The translations under genes were made by a program, and so were the position numbers. A DNA stretch of 64,000 nucleotides, taken from assembly GCA_902564025.1 (NCBI GenBank), contig CACEZK010000003.1, positions 6,740 to 70,739 on the forward strand. The letters are read 5' to 3'. The DNA comes from an uncultured Pelagibacteraceae bacterium. GTDB taxonomy: Bacteria > Pseudomonadota > Alphaproteobacteria > Pelagibacterales > AG-422-B15. Shown one piece after another: positions 1 through 8,357 of the stretch. The notes under the pieces are model-generated. The model was not told where the DNA came from, made no database searches, and saw nothing but the letters and a program-made list of their open reading frames with translations. Each line of letters starts with the position of its first letter. Positions within the stretch are counted from its first letter, which is position 1.

Positions 1-2449
1 CAATAGAGAAATTATTACCAAAATAAAATTTTTGATTTCCAGAAGTTAGTGAAGTATAAAATCCAATATCATCGTTTAAACCGTTTTCATTTTGGTCGTA
101 GCCAGCATTTGCAAAGGAAAAACTATATTTTTTGGAGTCAGAAATAGTACTCCACTGATCAAATGAAGATTTTTTCATTTGATTGTATAATCGGCTTTCT
201 CTTTCACTTACAACGAGATCACCTAAATTAAATTCAAATCCACCCTGAAGTTGATCTCTAAAGACTGCTGTTTCGTTATTAAGGTACAGTGAATCGCCAA
301 TATAAGAAGATAACAACAATCCAGATCCAACAAGTAGCATTTCATTTCCATTTACTCCAGCTACTTTATTAATTCCAATTGGTTGCAATGCCTTATGAAG
401 ATCAGGATTTCCATGACCGTAAAGATTACTGTAAGAATGTGTCATACCGTTGTAAGCCGACTCACCGTCATAACCTCCGCAGTAATTTGAAAATTCATCA
501 TTACCAATCAACCCATCTCCATTATTGTCCTTAAAACATTTTTGAGAATCGAACCAAGAATTATCGGAAGTGAATAAAAGTCTTTTTGTGATTAGTTCAG
601 GTGAATTATCTGGAAAAGCTTCAAATAGAATTGCAATAGCCCCTGAAATCTGAGGGGTTGCCATCGACGTTCCAGTTTTAGTAGATACCCAACTTGAGTA
701 ACCAGCAGCCCCATCATAAACATCCGTGCCAGCAGTTATATCAATACCGTCATGGACAACACAATACTCTGCTGTTATTCCACAGGGTGCAGAGTATAAC
801 AATTTAGATCCATCGCTGTAAGTGCCAACATTAGATACAACAATCCATGCCTCATTCAATTCAGGAAACATAGCAGGTAAGCTAGCATCCGCTCCTGCAA
901 AGTTTGATGTTCCTCCCCATACAGTGCTCATAATATTATTATTGTCATTATCATTTGCCCAAACAATAACTCCCGTTTTTTGAAAGTTATTGTATGCCTC
1001 AATCCATTCGCCAACTTGAGCCACAGTGAAGTTCGCACTTTCACTTGCAGAGAACCATTCAGCTAGACGTTTATAATTTGAGCCAGATCCATATGTTGCA
1101 ATAGTTTCTATTGGAATATCGTTAGTCCAACCCCATGAATTATTTTGTACTTTTGCACCATTAGCAATGCCATCTTCTGTAGCAAGTTCCAGATGTTGCG
1201 GGCCAAAGCAATTAGTTGCATTATCTCCATCGCAATAAATAGTTGAGCCAACACCATCCCCTCTGTTAGGAGCAAAGTCGGCAAAATGTAGTGAAGCATT
1301 ATAAGCAACACCCATCATGGATGTTGGTAGGTCTTTTGAACTACTGGTATATCCAGTGGCATAATTGTCCCACCATTGATATGAAGAAACGTTGGCAGTA
1401 TCGCTTGGTTTATTTTGAGAGTCATAGCTTCCAAGCGCTGTTGTGGCTACATGACACCCATGACCTCTAGATGAATTATTCCACTGACTTGCTGTAACAT
1501 AGATTGGATAGGTGTATGTGCCATAAGTTGTAACTGTTTTATTTTTTAAGTCATAATGATCAAAAACCTCACTGCTATATGCTCCAGAAGATGTGCTATA
1601 GCATAAATCATCATCAATCACACTTATCGTCGTTCCAAGTCCGCTGAGACCATAACCGTAGGCATCGTTTACGCCTAATTGAGTGAAAGGATGAGGTGAG
1701 TCTTGAAGACCTTGAACTAGATTAAAAATACCTTTATTTATGTACCCCGGTCGATTGAGGCTACTCTCGTATTCAATCATAAGGTCAGTATCGCCCGCAA
1801 GATTTACAAGTTTGTATTCATTGTTAGTCAACCACCCATCGGCAATTGTTTGATTATAAGTTTTTGTCGTTCCAGAGAATATAGAACTTTTGCTTGTATC
1901 ATTAGCGACGAAAGTCATAACTCCTAGACTTGCCAGCGGAACAATTTTTGAAATATTTGATTTACTGTTAGGCATACACGCAGAGTTGGTTTTTTCATCA
2001 CCACATTCCCCATCAGCAGCACATAAACAAGCTGTATTCAATGTTTCAAAATTATCTACTTTCTCGTGAGACTTATTTTTTTTGTTTGTGAACAGCGCTA
2101 GAAAAGATCCCTGCAGCATCTCTTGATTGGTAGAAAAATCTTTAGAGATTTTGTTCAATTTATTGAGTGATAAAATATAATGTGTGTATACATATTGAGG
2201 TTTTAATAGTGAGCTATTTTTGAATAATTTTAAAACCGAAAGTTCTGTATTTAAATCTGAGAGAAGATCTAAATAATTAGCATAATATTCGGAGTCAGGT
2301 TTTTCTAGTTTATCAATTAAAAATTTTTGTTCTTTAACGTAATTTTTGAAGTTCTCAAATGTGTTCGAATAATCTTTTAGAGATATTGATGATGATGCAT
2401 TGCCAAAAGAAAATAGAAACAAAAATATAAGAGTAAAGATTAATCTCAT
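1..2449 (-). CDS. Secreted subtilisin-like (S8) serine peptidase precursor, partial (C-terminus beyond left window edge; absent from supplied ORF track)
   Basis: Own translation from ATG at 2449. MRLIFTLIFLFLFSFGNASS is a signal peptide. Catalytic motifs: TISVIDDD (Asp), SRGHGCHVATTALG (His), NNSWGW (oxyanion Asn), TGTSMATPQISGAIAILFEAFP (Ser). The frame stays open about 816 codons to position 1. Confidence 0.8.
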   Translation of the reverse strand, partial: MRLIFTLIFLFLFSFGNASSSISLKDYSNTFENFKNYVKEQKFLIDKLEKPDSEYYANYLDLLSDLNTELSVLKLFKNSSLLKPQYVYTHYILSLNKLNKISKDFSTNQEMLQGSFLALFTNKKNKSHEKVDNFETLNTACLCAADGECGDEKTNSACMPNSKSNISKIVPLASLGVMTFVANDTSKSSIFSGTTKTYNQTIADGWLTNNEYKLVNLAGDTDLMIEYESSLNRPGYINKGIFNLVQGLQDSPHPFTQLGVNDAYGYGLSGLGTTISVIDDDLCYSTSSGAYSSEVFDHYDLKNKTVTTYGTYTYPIYVTASQWNNSSRGHGCHVATTALGSYDSQNKPSDTANVSSYQWWDNYATGYTSSSKDLPTSMMGVAYNASLHFADFAPNRGDGVGSTIYCDGDNATNCFGPQHLELATEDGIANGAKVQNNSWGWTNDIPIETIATYGSGSNYKRLAEWFSASESANFTVAQVGEWIEAYNNFQKTGVIVWANDNDNNNIMSTVWGGTSNFAGADASLPAMFPELNEAWIVVSNVGTYSDGSKLLYSAPCGITAEYCVVHDGIDITAGTDVYDGAAGYSSWVSTKTGTSMATPQISGAIAILFEAFPDNSPELITKRLLFTSDNSWFDSQKCFKDNNGDGLIGNDEFSNYCGGYDGESAYNGMTHSYSNLYGHGNPDLHKALQPIGINKVAGVNGNEMLLVGSGLLLSSYIGDSLYLNNETAVFRDQLQGGFEFNLGDLVVSERESRLYNQMKKSSFDQWSTISDSKKYSFSFANAGYDQNENGLNDDIGFYTSLTSGNQKFYFGNNFSI

Positions 2450-2589
2450 TTTTAAAAAATCAAATTTAAATATTATAACCTATTTTTTAATGAAATAAGA
2501 GACCAAATTATAATAGTAATCAAAATAATACCTTCTTAGGGGTAAGAATACTCTTATTACTAATTATTTTTCGATTAAATGTTAAAAAT

Positions 2590-3534
2590 TTACCTAAGAA
2601 AATTTAAGATTATTTCATTTACTTCATCTGGCTTCTCCTGTTGTACCCAATGACCTGCATTTTTAATTATATGATTTGAGACAAGGTTTTCATGTAGGGC
2701 TGGATTTATCAAACTCCATTTAGCCACAGGATCGTGCTCGCCCACAATAAAACATGAAGGAGGCGATATTTTTTTCTCATGTGTATCTTTTGTAATTTCC
2801 CAATTTTTGTCAATGTTTCGATACCAGTTAATTGGTCCGCGCATTCCTCCATTTGTAAATTCTTTAAGATAAAAATCAAAATCCTCTTCTGACATAAACT
2901 CAGGAATTTTATTATGTTCACCAAGTGAGTCTAAGAATGTCATCTCATCTGTATACGGCTTAGGTTCAAAAGTTTGTGACTCTTCTCCATCGCTTGTAAG
3001 AGAACTATATACTGCGATCAAAGATTTTCTCATGTCTTGCTCTAATTCTTTCTCGACACGTCCTTCTTCTTGAAAATAAATCATATAAAAAAATACATCT
3101 TTGAATAAAAATTTCATTGTTTCAATTGGAGGCATTTTTGAAACCAAATATGGCACGCTCATTCCACAAACTTTATTAACTCTATCAGGATGATACAATG
3201 ACGTATTCCAGGCAACTGGCGCTCCCCAGTCGTGTCCAATTAATGAAAAATTATCTTCTTTCATCTCATCTGCTATAGCAATAATATCTGAAGTGAGCTC
3301 CATAATATTGTAAGCATCGATTTCAGTTGGCTTTGAAGTTTTTCCATAACCTCTCATATCTGGCACTGCTACTTTGAAACCGTTTTTAACTAAAAAAGTA
3401 ATCTGATTTCTCCAAGAATACCATGACTCTGGCCACCCATGCGCCATTACAACTAATGGACCCTCTCCATCAATATATGTATTAATTTCGATATCCTTAT
3501 TTTTAATAATTTTAAAATTTTTCTTTTTAAACAT
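2590..3534 (-). CDS. Alpha/beta hydrolase, soluble epoxide hydrolase-like
   Basis: VVMAHGWPESWYSWRNQI (HGxP oxyanion motif), GHDWGA (Asp nucleophile elbow), NAGHWVQQEKPDEV (catalytic His). N-terminal region parallels the sEH family. Confidence 0.8.
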   Translation of the reverse strand: MFKKKNFKIIKNKDIEINTYIDGEGPLVVMAHGWPESWYSWRNQITFLVKNGFKVAVPDMRGYGKTSKPTEIDAYNIMELTSDIIAIADEMKEDNFSLIGHDWGAPVAWNTSLYHPDRVNKVCGMSVPYLVSKMPPIETMKFLFKDVFFYMIYFQEEGRVEKELEQDMRKSLIAVYSSLTSDGEESQTFEPKPYTDEMTFLDSLGEHNKIPEFMSEEDFDFYLKEFTNGGMRGPINWYRNIDKNWEITKDTHEKKISPPSCFIVGEHDPVAKWSLINPALHENLVSNHIIKNAGHWVQQEKPDEVNEIILNFLR

Positions 3535-3536
3535 TG

Positions 3537-3971
3537 TTAAGATGGATCCTTTTTTCCGTGATTTCTTAAAATTTTAAAAATCCCATCTGATGTAAAAATA
3601 ATTTTATCATCTATAAATAAATTACACTTCATAAATAAAATTGATTTTGTCTCTCTAGTAATTTCTGCAAAACCATATACCCAGGATCCTTTTGGAGCGG
3701 GACCTACATAATTAGCATTTAATTTAGCAGTTAAGCATGGGAATGAGTCCTTTTTCCAAGCAGTATACCCCATAATTCCATCTGCAAATGCAATGAGTGT
3801 GCCTCCATGCGCTATACCAGCTTTATTGCAATTAATTTCCTCAACCGTAAATCCTTTATAAAAAATTCCATCGAGTTCTAAATTATAGAGAAAACCATTA
3901 TTTTTTGAGAACGGTCCAGGATCAGTATCCTTGGTATAGTTTTTTATATTTTTTAATATGTCAGTTTGCAT
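3537..3971 (-). CDS. PaaI-family hotdog-fold thioesterase
   Basis: 144 aa. NKAGIAHGGTLIAFADGIMG is typical of PaaI/4HBT thioesterases. 2-nt gap to the downstream hydrolase. Confidence 0.7.
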   Translation of the reverse strand: MQTDILKNIKNYTKDTDPGPFSKNNGFLYNLELDGIFYKGFTVEEINCNKAGIAHGGTLIAFADGIMGYTAWKKDSFPCLTAKLNANYVGPAPKGSWVYGFAEITRETKSILFMKCNLFIDDKIIFTSDGIFKILRNHGKKDPS

Positions 3972-4025
3972 TGCAAAAATATATTTGATTAATGATGAAT
4001 GATAAATATATAATTGATCGAAGAT

Positions 4026-4099
4026 TATGGGGAGCTATTGCTGAGAGGTTCCAGATAATGGAACGACCCAAAACCTGATCTAGATAATGCTAGCGGAGG
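4026..4099 (+). promoter_or_regulatory. TPP (THI-box) riboswitch
   Basis: GGGGAGC..GCTGAGA..ACCC..ACCTGATCTAGATAATGCTAGCGGAGGAA matches the conserved THI-box core (CUGAGA; ACCUGAUCUGGAUAAUGCCAGCG). The 3' end contains the SD-like GGAGGA a few nt before the thiB ATG (4104). Ends approximate. Confidence 0.85.
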
Positions 4100-4103
4100 A
4101 AAT

Positions 4104-5000
4104 ATGCAAAAAATATCAATAGTTTTATTTTTCTTTATTTATTTAAACAGCTCCTTTGCCCAAGAAAAATTAGTTGTTGGAACCTACGACTCTTTCTCAG
4201 CTGATTGGGGGGCAGGACCCATTATAGAAGGAAAGTTTGAAGAAATTTGCAATTGCGATCTTCAATTCATCTCAACCAGTCAAGCAGGCACTTTAAACAA
4301 TGAGATTTTTCTGAATGGAAAGGATGTGATTCTTGGAGTAGAAATGCACGAATTTGATTATTCAATTGAAGATTGGCATGAGTATGATCATGGTTTCTTT
4401 TCGTTTGTTTATGACAGTAGTAAACTATCTAACCCACCCAAATCTTTTGAGGAGTTGGTAAATCGTAAAGATCTCAAAATCGTTGTACAGGATCCTCGTA
4501 CAAGTCCAGTTGGCATTGGTTTGTTAAGATGGATGAAATCTATATTTAAAGATGACTTCTCTGTTAAGCTAAAACAATTAGACCAGAATATAATAACATA
4601 CACACCAGGATGGTCTGAGGCTTATGGAATTTTTCTTGAAGGAAAAGCAGACCTTGTTTTGAGTTATAGCACTTCACCATTTTATCACCAAGAATATGAA
4701 AATGAATACAAATACAAGTCACTTAATTTTACTGAGGGTCACTTAGCCACGAGGGAGATTGTTTACGTTCGAGAGATGTCAATGAAACAAAAACTTGCAA
4801 AAAAATTTATAGATTTCATTATTGAGGATGAAATTCAAAAAATAATATCTTCAATGAACATTATGTATCCATCAGTTGATAAAACTGAACTAGTTCCAGA
4901 TAAAATGAAAAATTTGATAAAACCTAAAGAAATTGATTATAAAGTATTTCTAGAGTCTGAACCATTAATTGAAACTTGGCTTGAGACTATTGCAGGCTAA
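4104..5000 (+). CDS. thiB: Thiamine/TPP ABC transporter periplasmic binding protein
   Basis: Signal peptide MQKISIVLFFFIYLNSSFA. GTYDSFSADWGAGP, FDYGFFSFVYD-like, DPRTSPVGIGLL, GWSEAYGIFLEGKADLVLSYSTSP and NFTEGH parallel E. coli ThiB/TbpA. Directly behind the THI-box. Confidence 0.9.
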   Translation: MQKISIVLFFFIYLNSSFAQEKLVVGTYDSFSADWGAGPIIEGKFEEICNCDLQFISTSQAGTLNNEIFLNGKDVILGVEMHEFDYSIEDWHEYDHGFFSFVYDSSKLSNPPKSFEELVNRKDLKIVVQDPRTSPVGIGLLRWMKSIFKDDFSVKLKQLDQNIITYTPGWSEAYGIFLEGKADLVLSYSTSPFYHQEYENEYKYKSLNFTEGHLATREIVYVREMSMKQKLAKKFIDFIIEDEIQKIISSMNIMYPSVDKTELVPDKMKNLIKPKEIDYKVFLESEPLIETWLETIAG

Positions 5001-6513
5001 TATAAAAGATCTAATTCCAATAGGAGTTTTTTTTCTCGTTTTAGCGGCAGTTGTGTTGCCTGTATTTAGTTTAGTTTATTATTACAATTTTAGTTTCACA
5101 CTTAATTTCTCAAATTATTATTTTACCATTATTTTTTTTACAATCTTTCAATCATTTGCCTCTGCCTTTTTTTCTCTAGTAATAGGTTCCGTATTTGCAC
5201 TTTTATTAATAAGGCACAGGCATCATAAAACCATAAAACTTATCGTAAATTTTTTGTCAATTTTATTTGTATTGCCAACAATACTGTCAGTATTTGGAAT
5301 CCTAACATTTTACGGACAATATTTTTCTATTTATGGAATAATTGGCATATTACTTGGTCATACAATTTTAAACACTCCATTAATAACAAGAATTATATTT
5401 CAAAGTCTAAATGATATCAGTTCAAATGAATATATGCTTGCAAAACAAATGTCTTTGGACAAGTTAGGAATTTTCTTTGCTATTGAATGGCCTATTATAA
5501 AAAAAAATATACCCAGTCTCTTTGTTATTGTCTTTTTTATATGCTTTGTAAGCTTTACCCCAGTTTTAATTCTGGGTGGAAGCCCAAAATATTCAACTTT
5601 AGAAGTAGCGATTTATTATTCTGTAATTTTTAATAATGATTTTGATGCAGCCCTAAATTTATTGCTAATACAATTATCAATTTGTCTTTTCATATACGCT
5701 GCTTTCTTTAAAAATTTTAAAAGTTCAAATTTTATAATTGATGAACAAAGAAATTTTTATGAAAATAAAAAAAGGGGATTTTCTTTCTATTTTGAAATTA
5801 TATTTATAATACTGATTTCTATTTTCATTTTTTCTCCGATATGCTTCATAATCTTAAATGGATTCAATAAAGAACTAATATATATATTTTCATCATCATA
5901 TTTATGGCATGCAATAAATAACACATTTGTGATTTGTTTTTTTTCGGGAACTATTTCAGTTTTTGTAGCTCTCAACTACCTTAATTTGATCTATCGCAAA
6001 AAATATTTTACAGAAATATTGATTTATTCACTTATTATATTTTCGCCAGTTGTAATGGCTGTTGGATATTATATTTTATTATTTAAAATCAGCTTGTTTG
6101 ATATACCGAATATTCTTATTGTTATCGTTCTAAACGCAATTTTTTCACTGCCATTTACATATAACTTTCTAGCACCGTCTTACTTTAAAGTTACACATGA
6201 GAATGAAGACATCTCAAAAAGTATCAACATGTATGGACTACAGAGATTTCTAATTATTGATTTTCCTAGACTAAAAGTACCAATAATTACCGCTTTCTCA
6301 GTGTCTTCAATACTATCTGCAAGTGATCTCGTTATCATTTCCTTTTTTGGTACGAATAGCTTGTCAACTCTAACTCAAACAATATATAGACTTATGGGAA
6401 GTTATAGGATGGATGAAGCATATTCAGTTTCTCTAGTATTGCTAATGTTTTGCATCTGTTACTTTGGAGCTTCATACGTATTTATGAAAGGTAAGTTATG
6501 GAACACTCATTAG
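4969..6513 (+). CDS. thiP: Thiamine ABC transporter permease (duplicated permease domain)
   Basis: 514-aa polytopic protein with two ABC-permease halves, the size and architecture of ThiP. Overlaps thiB by 32 nt. No ATG near the 5' end; the track start is TTG, so the exact start is uncertain. Confidence 0.8.
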   Translation: MKLGLRLLQANIKDLIPIGVFFLVLAAVVLPVFSLVYYYNFSFTLNFSNYYFTIIFFTIFQSFASAFFSLVIGSVFALLLIRHRHHKTIKLIVNFLSILFVLPTILSVFGILTFYGQYFSIYGIIGILLGHTILNTPLITRIIFQSLNDISSNEYMLAKQMSLDKLGIFFAIEWPIIKKNIPSLFVIVFFICFVSFTPVLILGGSPKYSTLEVAIYYSVIFNNDFDAALNLLLIQLSICLFIYAAFFKNFKSSNFIIDEQRNFYENKKRGFSFYFEIIFIILISIFIFSPICFIILNGFNKELIYIFSSSYLWHAINNTFVICFFSGTISVFVALNYLNLIYRKKYFTEILIYSLIIFSPVVMAVGYYILLFKISLFDIPNILIVIVLNAIFSLPFTYNFLAPSYFKVTHENEDISKSINMYGLQRFLIIDFPRLKVPIITAFSVSSILSASDLVIISFFGTNSLSTLTQTIYRLMGSYRMDEAYSVSLVLLMFCICYFGASYVFMKGKLWNTH

Positions 6514-7790
6514 ATTTAACCTATCACTGGGCTGGTTTCTCAGCATTAGTTGTCTTTGTCATCGCTTATGCATTTGTGATGGCAGAAGAATTCACTCATT
6601 TAAGAAAATCAAAACCGGTTGTACTTGCGGCTGGCTTAATATGGGGAATGATTGCAATTGCATATTCCAACACTCCTCATTACGAAATGGTTGAACATGA
6701 AATTAGACACAGCTTTCTAGAATATACAGAACTTGCTTTTTTCCTCCTAGTTGCAATGACATATATAAATGCTCTTGAAGAACGCAATGTGTTTAATTCT
6801 CTTAAGTCGTGGTTGATTAAAAATCAATTTAGTTACAGACAATTATTCTGGATTACAGGCGTATTAGCATTTTTCTTGTCTCCATTAGCTGATAATCTAA
6901 CAACTGCTTTAGTGTTATGTGCGGTTGTAGTAGCTGTAGGTTCATCAAGTCCTAAGTTTGTTGGATTAGCCTGTGTGAATATTGTTGTCGCTGCAAATGC
7001 AGGTGGTGCATTTAGTCCTTTTGGCGATATTACAACTTTAATGGTATGGCAAGCTGGTCAGTTAGACTTTTTACAATTCTTTGCTTTGGTTATTCCATCT
7101 GTTGTAAATTATGTTATTCCTGCAAGCATAATGCACTTTTTTGTTTCAGATCATAAGCCCGATGTTGCAGAGACAAGCGTAACAATCAAATATGGCGGAA
7201 AGACAATTATTCTACTTGGTCTTTTAACAATTGTGACTGCTGTAAGTTTTCATAATTTTTTACATCTTCCTCCAGTGTTTGGAATGATGACTGGTCTGGC
7301 ATACTTACAGCTCTACAGTTTTTATATTAAAATTAGTGTTAAAGACATTGAGGAGCAAAAATATGACTTCTTCGAGAATGTTGCTCGTGTTGAGTGGGAT
7401 ACATTATTATTTTTCTTTGGTGTAATTCTGTCTGTTGGAGGCCTGGGCTTCATAGGCTATCTAGAATACGTATCAGAATTTATGTACACTGACTTGGGCG
7501 CAACTACTGCCAATGTCTTAGTTGGCATACTCTCAGCTATTGTAGATAATATTCCAGTGATGTTTGCAGTATTAACAATGGAACCTGCGATGCCAGACTC
7601 ACAATGGCTGCTTGTTACTTTAACTGCTGGTGTGGGCGGTAGTATGTTGTCTATTGGATCTGCAGCAGGTGTTGCTTTAATGGGTCAGTCAAGAGGTATG
7701 TATACTTTCTTTGGTCATTTAAAATGGACACCAATTATTGCAATTGGATACTTTGCAAGTGTCTATGTGCATATATTGATAAATTTTTAA
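6498..7790 (+). CDS. NhaD-like Na+/H+ antiporter (ArsB/NhaD ion-transporter superfamily permease)
   Basis: 430-aa, roughly 11-12 TM protein. N-terminus and glycine-rich TM segments resemble NhaD/ArsB-type permeases. The ATG overlaps the thiP 3' end by 16 nt. Confidence 0.6.
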   Translation: MEHSLDLTYHWAGFSALVVFVIAYAFVMAEEFTHLRKSKPVVLAAGLIWGMIAIAYSNTPHYEMVEHEIRHSFLEYTELAFFLLVAMTYINALEERNVFNSLKSWLIKNQFSYRQLFWITGVLAFFLSPLADNLTTALVLCAVVVAVGSSSPKFVGLACVNIVVAANAGGAFSPFGDITTLMVWQAGQLDFLQFFALVIPSVVNYVIPASIMHFFVSDHKPDVAETSVTIKYGGKTIILLGLLTIVTAVSFHNFLHLPPVFGMMTGLAYLQLYSFYIKISVKDIEEQKYDFFENVARVEWDTLLFFFGVILSVGGLGFIGYLEYVSEFMYTDLGATTANVLVGILSAIVDNIPVMFAVLTMEPAMPDSQWLLVTLTAGVGGSMLSIGSAAGVALMGQSRGMYTFFGHLKWTPIIAIGYFASVYVHILINF

Positions 7791-7796
7791 TTCAGA

Positions 7797-8342
7797 ATGA
7801 GAGTTTTTTTAACTTTTTGCCTTATATTTCTCTTAAACACAGGATCCTCAATGTCAGAAAATGCATATAGTTATTCTTTTAAAGATATTAATGAAGAAGA
7901 TGTAATTAACCTGTCAGACTACAAGGGTAAAACGCTTGTCGTTGTAAACACTGCAAGTTTATGTGGTTTTACTTATCAATACGATGGGCTACAAAAACTT
8001 TATGACGACTATAAAGATCAAGGCCTGGTTGTATTGGGTGTCCCATCAAATGATTTTGGAAATCAAGAATCAGGTACAAATAGTGAAGTAAAAGAATTTT
8101 GTGAAAGTACTTTTAGTATAACGTTTCCACTTACAGAAAAAAATGTTGTCAAAGGTAAAGATGCTCATCCATTTTTCAAATGGTCCAAAAAAGAATTAGG
8201 TTTTATCGGAGGAGTTCCTAGGTGGAATTTTCATAAAATTATAATAGGCAAAGATGGTAATGCAATTGCAGGCTATACGGCATTAACTCGTCCGTCCTCT
8301 AAAAAATTTATAAGTGAAATAGAAAAAGCTCTTCAGCTTTAA
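7797..8342 (+). CDS. Glutathione peroxidase (BtuE-like, Cys-type)
   Basis: NTASLCGFTYQYDGLQKLY, LGVPSNDFGNQE and WNFHKIIIG are GPx signatures. The first 18 aa look like a signal peptide; alternatively the start is the internal MSENAYS. Confidence 0.85.
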   Translation: MRVFLTFCLIFLLNTGSSMSENAYSYSFKDINEEDVINLSDYKGKTLVVVNTASLCGFTYQYDGLQKLYDDYKDQGLVVLGVPSNDFGNQESGTNSEVKEFCESTFSITFPLTEKNVVKGKDAHPFFKWSKKELGFIGGVPRWNFHKIIIGKDGNAIAGYTALTRPSSKKFISEIEKALQL

Positions 8343-8357
8343 TTCTTTTAATTACTT

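Noticed and set aside
1108-1311. 67-aa minus-strand ORF listed in the track
   Set aside because: It lies out of frame inside the long S8 protease reading frame on the same strand and has no recognisable features. It is an artefact of the true ORF having no stop within the window.
600-1900. Apparently higher GC (about 42-45% in two spot-counted 60-nt rows versus about 30% in thiP) in the S8 protease gene, as a sign of horizontal transfer
   Set aside because: Other native genes rich in Gly/Ala/Thr codons, such as hppA, look similarly GC-enriched. Two hand-counted rows are not statistics. This needs a proper sliding-window GC and codon-usage analysis before any HGT claim.
2535-2552. Hairpin TTCTTA-GGGG-TAAGAA between the hydrolase and the S8 protease, considered as a terminator
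   Set aside because: The stem is only 6 bp, A/T-rich, and has a weak downstream U tract on the relevant (minus) strand. This is not enough to call a terminator. It may still separate the two transcription units.
6498-6513. thiP/NhaD-like 16-nt overlap, considered as evidence of a gene fusion or frameshifted pseudogene
   Set aside because: Both ORFs are full length for their families, with a proper ATG for the downstream gene. Short overlaps are the norm throughout this window.
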